Source: Octopus vulgaris (lineage: Eukaryota). Taken from it: a DNA stretch of 64,000 bases. Of the stretch, positions 38,023-52,611 are shown piece by piece. Position numbers and translations under genes: made by a program. The notes below the pieces were generated by a model. It worked only from the letters and a program-made list of their open reading frames with translations, had not been told where the DNA came from and searched no databases. The stretch lies in assembly GCA_951406725.2 (NCBI GenBank), contig OX597835.1, positions 38,254,001 to 38,318,000 of the forward strand. The letters run 5' to 3'. Numbering within the stretch: position 1 is the stretch's first letter; the number at the start of each line of letters is the position of its first letter.

Positions 38023-38520
38023 TACCATAGGCTTCTGCTCAGTTTCCGTCTACTGAAATTCACACAAAAGGTGTTTGACAGGCTGGAACTCCAAGAGAAG
38101 ACACTTGCCCAAGGTGCTGCGCATTACAACTGAACACGAAAGCTTTTAATGAAATTTTTCATAATTTCGTCTTTTATTCTCTATTCTAGATACCTTGCGA
38201 GGAACATCAATATTTTATAAATCTATCGAGCTGTCATTTAATAAAAAGCTGGCGGGAGACGAACGGGACTGAAATTGTTGCTATTCCTGGCAATGAACTC
38301 ACATTCTGATATCAACTCACTTAAATGTATCTGCTGGTGCCGTCCAGAAAGATTTGTCACAGTTTTATTTGACAAGAGGACGTACGTGGGGCCCAAACTC
38401 TTAATACCCATGATTGCATGAGTCATAGTTGACAGAGATATATAAATGAAGCACAAAGATAATAAGAGGTTGATTCTGAGACGTCTTCAGTTTGGTTATC
38501 AGGCACTCCGACGCTTGCGA

Positions 38521-38760
38521 AGGCGCGTGGCTTAGTGGTTAGGATGTTGAACTCATGATCGTAAGGTTGTGGTTTCGATTCCTGGACCGGGCGATGTGTT
38601 GTGTTCTTGAGCAAAACATTTGACGTTGCTCCTGTCCACTCAGCTGGCAAAAATGAATAATCCTGCGACGGACCGGCGTCCCATCTAGATGGGGAATTTC
38701 TACACCACTGAAACCGGGAAACCGGCCCTTATGAGCCTAGCATGGCTCGAGAAGGAACAT
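38521..38760 (+). mobile_element. tRNA-derived SINE family C (CORE plus V-domain-like)
   Basis: A box gtggcttagtggttagg, B box ggtttcgattcc, gtgttcttgagcaa and cctgcgacggaccggcgtcccatc segments. Confidence 0.7.
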
Positions 38761-38779
38761 TATCATAACTCCGATGCTA

Positions 38780-39315
38780 CGACGACGAGGGTTCCAAGTT
38801 AATCCGATCACCGTGCACGTGAAATTAAAGTGCAAGTGGCTGAGCATTCCACAGTCACGTGTACACTTAATGTAGTTTTCATGGAGATTCAGCGTAACAC
38901 AGAATGTGACAAGGCTGGCCCTTTGAAATACAGATACTATTCATTTTTGTCAGCTGAGTAACTGGAGCAACCTGAAATAAAGTGTCTTGCTCAAGGACAG
39001 AACGCGTCGCCGGAAATCGAACTCAAGACCATACGATCGTGAGTCGAATACCTATTTCTTTACTACCCACAAGGGGCTAAACACAGAGGAGACAAACAAG
39101 GACAGACATAGGTATTAAGTCGATTATATCGACCCCAGTGCGTAACTGGTACTTATTTAATCGACCCTAAAGGACGAACGGCAAAGTCGACCTCGGCGGA
39201 ATTTGAACACAGAACGTAGCGGCAGACGAAATACTGCTAAGTATTTCGCCCGGCGCGTTAACGTTTCTGCCAGCTCACCGTGAGTCGAATACCCTAACCA
39301 CTAAGCCACGCACTT
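38780..39315 (-). mobile_element. tRNA-derived SINE with a nested SINE B (39053-39278; TSD cgtgagtcgaatacc)
   Basis: Head split by the insertion; 15-bp TSD at 39038-39052 and 39279-39293. Confidence 0.8.
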
Positions 39316-39806
39316 TCACAGTCTGGTTATAAGACCATCTAAGAATAAACGCATTTTGAATCGCCAGCAAATTTGCCAGCTTCATAAAAATTGAGCTAGA
39401 AGGAATTTCGTTAATTAATGTTTAGTGAGAAGACGTCCATTAAAGCACCTCAACTACCAAGTTCAATAGACAGTATATTTTCTTTTGCATCGTCCATTAA
39501 ATTTCGTTATAATCTATTCGTATTTTTTAACCATTTATAGATGCAGGCGTGGCTGTGTGGTAAGAGGGTTTCTTCCCAATCACATGATTCCGAATTCAGT
39601 TCCACTGCCTGGCACTGTGGGTAAATGTCTTCTATAGCCTTGGGCCTACCACAGTCTTGTGAGAGGATGTGGTAAACGGAAACTGAAAGAAACCTGTCGT
39701 ATCTGTGCATATGTGTATGAGGGTGTGTATGTGTTTGTGCTCCAGCACCGCTTGACAACCGTTTTGGCGTGTCCCCGTTACCTAGTGGTTCGGGAAAAGA
39801 GACCGA

Positions 39807-40221
39807 GGATCTTTTCGGTTTGAAAGGCAGTTTTTAAAATTAATTTCCACGTAACTAGACACTTTAAAACTTCGTATACTGGTAGAATGTGTTTATAAAA
39901 CATCTTTTTCTCTTGGCTTTATTGAGAAAATTCTATAGTTTGTAAGATATTTGTTGTTTTTTCTTCAATTTCCGCAATTTCAACAACCAATTAATGATGT
40001 GTATTGAGGTGAAAACATTGTGTACCGTATAAATATGTCCCACTAAGAAATAGATTGGGTTTATTTACATTTCTGAAGAAAAAACGATACCCTTCCCCCC
40101 ACCCCTAACCCTAACCCTAAAACAGCTTGAAATGCAATAGATCGATACTAGGGTCATAATTATAGGTGACAATTTCATTTGACACCGCTAGAAAAAACTG
40201 CCGTTCAAACCGAAAAGATCC
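39807..40221. mobile_element. MITE (415 bp) with ~29-bp TIRs and 8-bp TSD, inserted in a SINE A (39541-40345)
   Basis: TIR ggatcttttcggtttgaa.ggcagttttt; TSD GAGACCGA at 39799-39806 and 40222-40229; internal (CCCTAA)3. Confidence 0.9.
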
Positions 40222-41199
40222 GAGACCGATAGTATAAGTACCAGACTTCAAAAATAATAAGCACTGGGGTAAATTTATTTGACTAACAATCTTTTAGGAG
40301 GTACTCCAGCATGGCCACAGTCTAATGTCTGAAACGAATTTAAAATAAAGTATGAGAGATGTTCTAATTCACTATATAAGACATCTCACTGATTTATAGC
40401 CCGGGTATAACCACTGGCTACAGGGCTACAAAACGAATATTATATTCACTCCGTACCGCGGAAATCACGAGCGATACACGTGTTAAAGACTGTTAGAATA
40501 TTCATTATATTTCCATTTATGGATTTTTTTTTTTAACCATTTATTTATGTTTTTTTCTAGATTATATTTGAAATTATACTATATAACGGACAAGAAATTA
40601 AATTTTGAAAGCAGTCTAGCAGAAAGGTTGGGTATTTTACCCTTATAAGACGGTAAAAAGTTCTAGTACAGAGAGACAAGAGGGTATCGCTGTTAGTTGG
40701 AGAGGTTTGGAAGGTGAAAGGGGAGAACAAAATATAGTGTCGGAAAGAAACAGGAAACACTAAGCTTAGAGAAGTTAGTATGAGTTAAGGCACCTGTGAA
40801 CCTAACAGGAGGACTGAACAGGCGGCAATTAAGAAATTAGCTATTAGCGATAGAGGAACGAAAAGCTAAAAATGTAAAATGAAAAATCTGACAAAATGAA
40901 AGAATGAAGAAAATGATGAAAAGCTGAGGCATTGTAAAAGGATGAGATTTTAATGGATTACATGAACTGTGAAGATACCCTCGGAAATCCTCGTTTAAAA
41001 TTCCAGAAAGTTTTTCAGAAAATTTCAAAAATTTCTCAAACATTTTTCAAACATTCCCCCCAAAAGTCTCTTTGGGACAATACAGAAATTATCCAAGGTC
41101 TGACGGTTTTAAGATAGATTCCTCTATTTACATAATATCGAGGTCTCTTTCATTCTTTTGTTGTCTTAACATTTTTATCAATATTTATATATATATATA

Positions 41200-41378
41200 T
41201 AAAGTTAATCGAAACATGAAAGCACAAAAAACACAACGCGAGGACGTGGAACAAATATAGTATTATTGGACGCTCAGGAAAGAAGGAGGGTTTAACGTTT
41301 CAAGCGGAGCTCTTCGTCGCAAAACATAGGATAAGGAAAGACCCAGAGAAGGGAAGACAGAGGAAAAAAGTCGCCAAT
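41200..41378 (-). mobile_element. PLE-type terminal repeat with decayed hammerhead (41290-41325)
   Basis: Reverse complement reads gtttt gcgacga a gagc tcc gctt gaaa cgtt aaac, followed by the cctgagcgtccaataata tail. Confidence 0.6.
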
Positions 41379-41851
41379 ATATATATATATATATATATGC
41401 GTATGTATGTATATGTGTATGTATGTATGTGTGTAAATGTATATGTAAGTATATTTTGTAGGTGTATTTGTTTTGCAAGATGGTTGTTTTGAAATCGTAT
41501 GTTTGAACAGATGTTGTTGCATTCTGGAAGAATCACTTTGCCAAGATACACCACGCGCATGCGTGTGCACAAACCCGCATGCACCGCACATAATACAAAC
41601 ACATGCGCACACAATGCAAACGCAAAACATATATTTATATACCTTTTATTAAAGCTGAGTCCAACAAAAGCTGTTTTGTTTGGTTCAAGAACAGAGAGAG
41701 ACGGAGAGAAAGAGACAGAGAGAGACAGAGAGAGACAGAGAGAAAGGGAGAGAGAGAGAGAGAGAGAAATGTATGGAGGCGGTAACAGAAAGAAAGAGGT
41801 GGCGAGAGGGAGAGCAAGAGAGGTATATATACGTACATGAATATGTGTAAA

Positions 41852-41898
<47 letters not shown>

Positions 41899-41933
41899 TT
41901 GTGTGTGTGTGTCTGTGCGTATATGTTTGTTAC

Positions 41934-42230
41934 CTTTCGTGGGTTGCAAGTTAAATCTCGTGTAGTAAGAATGGCGAACGTCTTGTGGTGGTTCTTAGTC
42001 AAGGAGAAAAGGAAGATGATGAGAAAATCAATGATGGAGTGTTTGTTACGTGGAATGGAAGAAGGAGAGGTCGGCAGCGAGAAGGAGTTGGTTCGGAGGG
42101 GGTGTGAGGGTGGAGGGGATAATGGTAAGGAGGGTGGAGGGGTGGGGTAAGGAGTGGATGAATGAAGTAGAGGGTAAAGAGGGCGAAAGTGATGGGAAAG
42201 ACGGAAAGGATTGGAGATCCGAAAGAGAGG
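41934..42230 (-). other. Candidate 297-nt phase 0-0 exon (Pro/Ser-rich), unverified
   Basis: Acceptor ctttctctcccAG, donor AAG|GTAACA, open frame of 99 codons; no homology recognised. Confidence 0.25.
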
Positions 42231-42290
42231 CTGGGAGAGAAAGTAAAGATGTAGAGAGCAGGCACATATATATATGTATACATATATATT

Positions 42291-42381
<91 letters not shown>

Positions 42382-42480
42382 GTATATAAAAACACATATA
42401 CATATGCACATACACATACATAAATACAAACACATATATATAAACACTATATACACACACATATATTTATATATATATAC

Positions 42481-42541
<61 letters not shown>

Positions 42542-42919
42542 TTTCTATATCTGTCTATCTATCTATCAATATATATATGCATAGGTATGCAATTGTAATA
42601 TGTGTGTGTGTGTGTATATATACATATGTGTGTGTGTGTGTGTGTGTGTCTGTATGTGTGAGCGTGTGCGTTCGTGCATGTATGTATATATACACATATA
42701 CGAGAGAGACATTGAAAGAAAATGATAGATTAATGAAATGTGAAAGGAGGCGATGGGGAGAGAAACAAAACGGTAATATATATATGTGCGTTTGTGTATT
42801 ATATATATACATATATATATATACATATATAAATACATATACATATATATATACATACTTATATATATATATATATATATGTATATGTATATGTATATAT
42901 ATATATGCATATATATATG

Positions 42920-42950
<31 letters not shown>

Positions 42951-43416
42951 GTATATATATGTATATATGTGTGCGTATGTATGTGTATATATATATATAT
43001 ACATATATGTATGTATGCGTGTGTGTATAAAGAGAAGGAAGGTGAAGAAGTGAGGGAGAAAGAAAGATGAAGAGAGCAACAGAGAAGGATAAGTGTAGCG
43101 CTGTGGGTGGGGTTGGGGGCTTAGCAAATGAAGGATTTCAACTAGTGGTGGACGGGCCGAGAGGAGGAAATAGAGGAAGATTGGCGGCTGAGACGACGAC
43201 AACCATGACGATGACGTCGACCTTGATGAGCATGCTCGTTCTTATGTTGGTGGTGGTGGTGGTAGTGGTGGTGGTGGTGGTGGTGGTGGTGGTGGTGGTG
43301 GTGGTGGTGGCGATAGCATTTTCTTGATGGTTCTTGTTCGTGTTATTTTGGCAGTGATTGTAGTTGTTATACAATATTCTTGCAGTTGTTGCTGTTGCTT
43401 TTGTTTTTGTTTTTGT

Positions 43417-43461
<45 letters not shown>

Positions 43462-43581
43462 GGATGATGATGATGATGATGGTAGTGGTGGTGGGAGTGA
43501 TTGTGGTGATGGGGCTGATGATGATGATAATGGTAGTGGTTGTGGTAGTGATTGTAGTGATGATGATGGTGGTGATGGCGC

Positions 43582-43616
<35 letters not shown>

Positions 43617-43719
43617 GTAGTGGTGGTGGTAGTGATTGTGGCGATGATGATGGTGGTGATGGGGTTGACGATGATGATAGTTGTGGTGGTGGTAGTGATT
43701 GTGATGATGGTGGTGATGG

Positions 43720-43763
<44 letters not shown>

Positions 43764-43904
43764 GCAAAAAAGTATTGAATGGAATTTGAAGCCAAGGATG
43801 CGAAAGAAGAGAGTTAGACTGATAGACAAATATATACAAATATATACATCCATACCATACATGCATAGATAGATAAATAGATATATAGATAAATAGATAG
43901 ATAA

Positions 43905-43957
<53 letters not shown>

Positions 43958-44226
43958 GAAAGAGAGAGAGAAGAGAGAGAGAGAGAGAGGGATTAGAGAA
44001 AGCGAGGGAGGAAGGAAGAGAGTGCATCAGAGAAGGAGGGATATGCTGAGTGTTTTCCAAATAGATATTAGATACTTTGATGGACGAGACGGACGGATAG
44101 ATATTGGATAGATATATAGGTGGATTGATTGATTGTTTGATTAGTGTATAGATAGAAAAATAGATAGGTCAATAGTTACGTAGATAGTTAGCTAGCTAGC
44201 TAGATAGGTAGATAGAGTGATAGATG

Positions 44227-44351
<125 letters not shown>

Positions 44352-44385
44352 CTAGATAGATAGGCAGACAGATAGATAGATAGAT

Positions 44386-44482
<97 letters not shown>

Positions 44483-45041
44483 CAGAAACAACAGTGAGAT
44501 ATATAAAGAGATGGATAGAGATATACGGAGACAGACAGATAGATATACAGTTAAACAGAGTGACAGATAGACAGATAAATAAATAGGTAGACAGACTGGC
44601 AGACAGACAGACATACATAAAGTCAGACAGACACAGAGGCAGACAGATAAATATGTAGATTGACTGGAGACGGAAAATATATAGAGATGATACGAGAAGA
44701 TGGGAGTATATACGGGATAGGGAAGAAGAGTGAAAAAAATCAAGAAACATAGAATAAAAGAAGAAAAAACAACAGTAGTAAGAGTAAAAAGAACGAGGAA
44801 GAGAGGATAGAGATGAAGAGGAAAGCAAAGGTAGGAGTGATGGAGAGCATGTGGAAGAGGAGGAGGTGAAAGTGAAGGAGGTGGATTGGAGGGTGTTTGT
44901 AAGATGTTTTTGTGAAGAAAGACGGAGTGATAGAAATTCTTCTTCTGATCTCGATGGCTTCGGTTGCTTTATAGAAAACAGGTTTCTTATATGTCTATGT
45001 GTGTGTGTGCTTGTGTATGTGTGATTGTGTGCATGCGTGTG

Positions 45042-45186
<145 letters not shown>

Positions 45187-45209
45187 TTATCTATGCTTAT
45201 GTATATATT

Positions 45210-45255
<46 letters not shown>

Positions 45256-45849
45256 GCACACGCATACATATACATATACGTATGTGTGTAGGTGTATATA
45301 CCACTGTGTATACGTATATGGATGCAAGTTTGTGTATATGCATCTCCGTGTGCGTGTGGGTGCAGATATGTATATACATATGTGTCTGTGTGCGTGTGTG
45401 TGTACGTATCTGTGTGAATACACTTTCTCATATACATATACATACTGACATCAATGGCTATGTGTGTGTCTTAATATGTGTAGGTGTCTGTAAATATATA
45501 TATATATATTCATATACATATTATGTAGATATGTATATATGTATATATATGTATATATATGTGTATATATATATATATGAATACGGAAACTTATCATCGG
45601 CCGCCATATATATTCACACTACAAATTCATATATATTGATATGTTTTGTGATCAAGCATGCGTATAATTCGGATATAAGGTCTAAATGCGGTCAGGCAGT
45701 GTACTATCGTACTCATTCCATACATACATACATACATACATACATTAATATGTGTGAGTGTCTGTACGTGTGTCTAAACATATACATATATGCACATTAT
45801 ATGTATATATATATATATACACACACATATATATACATGTATGTATAGC

Positions 45850-45921
<72 letters not shown>

Positions 45922-46082
45922 GTGTGTGTGTGTGTGTGTGTGTTTGTGCATGTGTACATTATAGATTTGTGTGTAGGTATGAATGTGCATAAAACAATAT
46001 CGAAAGCATTGGTCTCATGATCCCTCCTCACTTAGGAGCTCCAAACACCCCCTTTTACCCATCGAACCATCCATCCATACAT

Positions 46083-46118
<36 letters not shown>

Positions 46119-46120
46119 GC

Positions 46121-46194
<74 letters not shown>

Positions 46195-46268
46195 GTATAC
46201 ATATATGTATATATATATACATATATGTATATACATATATATATATATACATATATATACATACACAC

Positions 46269-46341
<73 letters not shown>

Positions 46342-46748
46342 GATAATTGTATGTGTGTACACATACACACACGTGTATATTTTGGAGTTGTAAGTATGTA
46401 GATACGTGTGTCTGTATTTGTGTGTGTGTGTTTGTTTGTGCGTGAGTATGTACGTGTGCGCTAGTGTGTGCGGTTCTGTTTGTATGCGTATATGTATCAC
46501 ATCATATACCACACCTCGTCATCTACACAGACAAATATTCTCATCATACTAACGCACATGCGCACGGGCACGCGCAAACCGTGCCACCCAGAGCTATGAG
46601 GATCACTATTTGGAGCCTACAGAACCCGGCCGCGTAAACATATCAACGAACATCTGCGAAAATTACACACACCCATGGACACAAACATACATACACACAT
46701 ACATACATATATACATGCATACATACATACATACACACATACATACAT

Positions 46749-46804
<56 letters not shown>

Positions 46805-47076
46805 GCATATATATATATAAATGTGTGTGTATATGCGTGTGTATCTATGTATATATATGTATATGCATATATAATTAATTGGGACAGAAGCTGTAATAAT
46901 ATACATCTATTTGGAAATGTATGTTTGCATCGATGACGGTAAGCAAGCAACAAGAAGCGTGATATTATATATATATATATATACATACATACATACATTC
47001 ATATATAAATATATATATACATATATACATATATATATATATATTTACATATATATACATACATACATACATATAT

Positions 47077-47195
<119 letters not shown>

Positions 47196-47733
47196 CATAT
47201 ATATATAGATAAACATACACGTATGTATCTACGTTCGTATGTATCTAATAAGAAGCGGGATATTAGATATACCAGCGGTGGAAAGACTTATACGCTAAGA
47301 TTCCGTACGTAATGTGCAGTGTTCTCGAAATCTTAAGACGCTCTGACATTTTAATAACTGTCACTGTGTATAGAGTTTTGCCCTATGTCACAATTAATTT
47401 CGGTATTCATCACCGCCAACCAATAGCTGCAACCTTTATTAATCGATTGCTTTCGATGGAGATACGTGCATACAGTTGTCTACATATATCTCTTTCATGC
47501 CCCCCCTCTCTCTCTCTCTCTGCTTCTTTTTCTCTTTGTCTCACGCCTTCTTTCTCACCATTTCTTTTTCTCATTTAGCCTATTTCCAAAATAGCGCTAT
47601 CTGTATTTCTTTATCTCTGTTCTATACGTTTGTATCTCTCCTTTTTCCTCACTCACTCACTCTCTCTGCTTCTGTCTATCTTTCTGTCTCTCTCTCTTTC
47701 CCTCTGTCTGTCTGTCTGTCTGTCTCTATCTCT

Positions 47734-47779
<46 letters not shown>

Positions 47780-48904
47780 GTATGATGAAGAAATTTACTT
47801 CTCATTCACGTGATCACATAGCGTGGTAGACGGAGACCGATAGAGTGAGTACCAATCATTGAATTAACCTGTGGTCTATTTTATTGTCTAAAACCTAGGA
47901 GGTAGTGTTGTAGCATGGCCATGACTGCAACAAGTATAAAAATAACGGTTTCTGTGTGCGCGCGCTTGTGTATGTGTATGTGTGTCTGTCTGTCAGTATT
48001 TGTTTTTAAAATACCTAGGTGGCAAACAGAAGTAGAAGAAAGAACACAATAGCGTGTAAAATATGTTCAAACTGAATTCTTTTCTCATGTGCTATGAGTT
48101 TCAAGCCATTGGAATCTGCAGGTGAGCACTTATCTGAATATTGCATTGCACTGGATGAGGAGATGCGAGATAAAATTACATTCACGTGCTCGTGTGCGTG
48201 TGTGCTTGCGTATGTGTGCGCATGTGTGCATGCGTACACACACACATACGCATGCACACACACACACTCTTATATATACATATGAATATATATGAGTACG
48301 TATAGGTGTATGTGCGAACGTGGGTGTCTGGATATGTTTATGTATGCTTGTGTATGTTATGCTTACGGTCTAGAAACTCGTATATTTAATGTCAGCGTTC
48401 GTTTATGTCACCTTAACCTAGTGGTTCGACATATAAAGATCGATAAAATATATATAACAGACAGAAATAAGTTCTGGGTCGATAGAATACGATCAAACAT
48501 TCACAGGCAGTGCCCGTAGCATGGCTGTTGTCCAATGACTGAAGCAATTAAAAGTATAAAAGTATAAAAGAATATAGGTCCTAATATCCCAGCGCCCAAA
48601 TTATGCGTATGTGTATGCTTATACTTACATATATCTATACACACACACACACAGAGATGCCCCCCGCCGCGCACACACACATATTCACATGAATACATAT
48701 GTACGTACGTAGGTATGTATTCATCGATTTGACTTCGTATTTTTCAGAAAGCTTATCTGGCAGACTGACAACCGGAGAGACAGAAAGACAGACAGACAGA
48801 CAGGCAGACAGGCAGAAAGACAGATGAAGATATAGACGGCTAGAGAGATGGATATGTAGGGAGATTTAATGAAAGAAATATTAATACATAGGAAGATATG
48901 TAGA

Positions 48905-48989
<85 letters not shown>

Positions 48990-48993
<4 letters not shown>

Positions 48994-49077
48994 TTTCTAT
49001 TCCTGACCGTTATACTAATACATCTGTTTATTTTGTACACCACCTGTCTTCGTCTTTTGCTTTTTTTCGTAAACTTT

Positions 49078-49080
<3 letters not shown>
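48990..49080 (+). mobile_element. Tail of the GAGC-stem PLE-type repeat
   Basis: Matches 12603-12694 and ends in (TA)n. Confidence 0.7.
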
Positions 49081-49164
<84 letters not shown>

Positions 49165-49704
49165 TATATAGTGAGAGAGAGAGCGAGAGAGTATGTGAAA
49201 TAAAGAGAGAGAGACAGACTGACAGACAGATAGATTGACAAATAGCGAGATAAGAAAAAAGACAGATAATCAAACAGTCTGTTAGATAGACTGATAGATA
49301 GATAGATAGATAGACTGATAGATAGATAGATAGATACATACATACATACATACATACATACATACATACATACATACATACATAAAGTTGTCAGGTAGTA
49401 AGTAGGTAGGCAGGTAGGTTTGTATGGTAGTACTTTGGTGAGATAGAAGTGTTGCCACGGTGACAAATGTACAGCCCAACTGACATACAGACATTTCGAC
49501 ACACGGACAGAACTATCAGTCAGTTATCAGACAAGATTGATATAAGATTATTGCAGTTGATGTAAGTAGCGGGGTGGGGCGAGGGATTGTCTGGTGGGTA
49601 TATTATATCTGACTTAATACATACATACGAGTACACCATATATACACACATATATTTATATCTGTATAAATATATACACGTATATAAATACACACACACA
49701 CATT

Positions 49705-49750
<46 letters not shown>

Positions 49751-49895
49751 GAGAGAGAGAGAGAGAGAGAGCAAATATATATGCATACATATACATCTAC
49801 ATACGTATACGTATATAGCTATACACACATGCACACACACACACTACATATACGCACACACACATACACATATATATATATATATGTATACATAT

Positions 49896-49934
<39 letters not shown>

Positions 49935-49946
49935 ATATATAAGATA

Positions 49947-49982
<36 letters not shown>

Positions 49983-50265
49983 TGTATGTATGTATGTATG
50001 TATGTATGTATGAATGTGTGTATATATATATTCATAAATATATAAATAACCTCCTTAAACAGATTACGACAGTCTTTTCAGAAATCTTTGTGAGCTTCCA
50101 GCAATAAATTAATTGGATTTTCATTATCAGCATCGTCGTCGTCGTCATCATCATCATCATCATCATGATTATAACCAAAATTTATAAGGTAAAGTACATG
50201 AATGATCGAAACGGCGTTTTGAGAACTGTATGCAGGAGGGGAGATAGATAGATAGATATATAGAT

Positions 50266-50337
<72 letters not shown>

Positions 50338-50589
50338 ATAAATTCTGAAGGAGGAGGAGCGTGAGGTAAAGATGATAAGGGAAAGAAAGAAGAGGAGGTG
50401 TTTTTGCTCAACATAAAATATAGCGTTGACTGACAAAAGTTTTCGATTTCTTCTTCGTCCGATAGCAATGACGGTTAAAGACATGTTGGCTGGCTGTTGC
50501 TTTAATGGTTCGATAGCTAGTAGTTGGGCAGGAAGATTGGCTGAGCTGTTGAATGGAATGGGATGCGGGATAGAAACTGCGGGGAACTG

Positions 50590-50880
50590 CAGGGCACTGC
50601 GGGGTCCAATTAGAGAATTGTCAGTGGGGCCCTTTACTCGACAAAAGCTGAAAATTGATGCCTTACGCTTGGTATAGTATGACAAGCCCAGCTAAAAACG
50701 TTGAGGACACGAGGGGCCACAATTAGACACAATGATATACTAAAAAATCATCATAGCGTCCTCCGTTCGAGCGTGTAAGCAGGGCTCTTTCTTAGCACAG
50801 GGCTCTCTCTTAGCGCAGGGCTCTCTTAGCGCAGGGTCCAATTTGACCAAATTTATCTATTTGGTTTAAAACTGACCCTG
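50590..50880. repeat. Possible degenerate MITE with three short internal tandem repeats
   Basis: CAGGG...CCCTG ends and 3x gcagggctct(ct)cttag; no TSD. Confidence 0.3.
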
Positions 50881-51142
50881 ACGAGTGGTTACGTGATTGA
50901 CTTTGTTGAGAAAATTTCTTCTTTTCTTCCTTTTATTTCTTTACTGGCTTCAAACATGAGGCTGCAGCCATGCTGGAGCACTGCCTTCATTTTACTACTC
51001 GGTGATATTGAGTCAAATATGTGTTTTACTCGACGTTTTACCGTTCTCTCTGCGTCGAACATAAATTAACATAACTTAATCATAAGCAAACACACACCAC
51101 ACATGCACGTGCACGCGCCCACATATACAAGTGCAAGTAGAA

Positions 51143-51199
<57 letters not shown>

Positions 51200-51834
51200 A
51201 GCGAACAACATGAGTAATAAATAAGTCATTTTCCTAGTCACAGAACCTCTATGTGAGATGAAATCCGAAGGTTGAGTTTTCCTTTTCCCAGTAACTGAAG
51301 AAATGCGCAGGATGTTTGAAACTACTCTTAAAGGTATTGGCCGTAAGCAACTTCCAGTTGCTCGGAAAATCTGCGAAGGAAGTGCCAGCTTGGATAGACT
51401 ACCACCGCAGGAAGACAGAGAAATGAAAGAAATAATCTCTCCGAAAGATGGATTATTTTGGTATTTGACCAAATGAGGAAAACGTTGACGACATAATAGG
51501 ACATACTCTGATTTATGCTATTTATGTTCTGGTGTAAATTGTATATATGTTAGTACAGTGTGCAAAGCATTTACCGACTATTGCATTGAACTGGCCAATA
51601 TCGTTGAACAACGACAAGTGACTTCATTAGTCATATAATGTTAACAAATGAACTGGGCGATAAGCTATAATTAGAAGCAATGACATCTAACCGCATAGTA
51701 TTAAAGCGTTCGGACGCAAAGAATGTTTTTTTTTACGCTCTGTTACATCAGTTGAGTGAACTTTACTTTCATTTGTACACTTACCTATGTGAAAAATATA
51801 TGTGTATAATATGTAAACATACACAGCTGCAGGT

Positions 51835-51990
51835 TGAAAGAGGCCTCGTGACAGGACCTGCACCAGATGGCTGGGTGTGACAGGGAAGAGCTCCAGAGAC
51901 TTGACCTCACCTTGGAGGATGCAGAGGGGCTGGTACAGGACAGCCAGCGATGGGGAGCAGTGGTGGACCACTACTGGGAGTTGGGAGTTG
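51835..51990 (+). pseudogene. RTE-like LINE ORF C-terminal relic
   Basis: RPR...[32 protein letters not shown] resembles the RTE C-terminus GRP..RW.D.....A...AQDR..WR. Confidence 0.65.
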
Positions 51991-52078
51991 AAATCGAAAC
52001 CAAAACTTTGTCTATCCGAAGCGAACGATTTATGCGCTACCAATATGCCAGCGGGTATCTTTCATTTTTTACAATTTA

Positions 52079-52134
<56 letters not shown>

Positions 52135-52155
52135 TATATATATATACATATATAT

Positions 52156-52191
<36 letters not shown>

Positions 52192-52245
52192 GAAAAAACA
52201 AGTAAAAAAATAGAAAATGCTAAAATAATTTTATAGTGAACATTT

Positions 52246-52283
52246 CAGTACCGGTTTCGGTCATTTTGAGACCTTTTCAACTG
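52246..52283 (-). ncRNA. Minimal type-I hammerhead with U3-A8 core variant
   Basis: Reverse complement reads cag TTGAAAA GGTC tcaaaat GACC GAAA CCGG TA ctg. Confidence 0.75.
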
Positions 52284-52611
52284 TAACGATTAAATAATTA
52301 AATTTAGAAAAATTAGAAGAAAAGTTTTTTTAAAAGAATATTTCTATAGTAGTGTTCAGATTTAAGTGGCATTCTGCCTTTCTCTGACTCCCTTGTTTGC
52401 ACTTGTGTGTTCGAGGTAGTTGTGAGTTCTTGGTAGGGTAGTAGAGGGAAGGCTGGTGAGGAAAGGGGGTGGGAGAATCTGGGAGTGCCCTGATGGTCGT
52501 ATTTTGAATGGTCAGTGGCGGCTGGCAGTCTCAGTTCAATTCAGGATTGTTTATAGAATTAGCGTAGGTGTTATACTAAAAAACATTAGTGACAAACTTA
52601 AGGGGTAGGGG

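Noticed and set aside
40570-40860. Possible L2/Jockey-like LINE 3' relic on the minus strand
   Set aside because: Too degenerate to support by eye.
50182-50685. 167-aa minus ORF and 83-aa plus ORF
   Set aside because: No recognisable domain; overlaps a MITE-like repeat and microsatellites.
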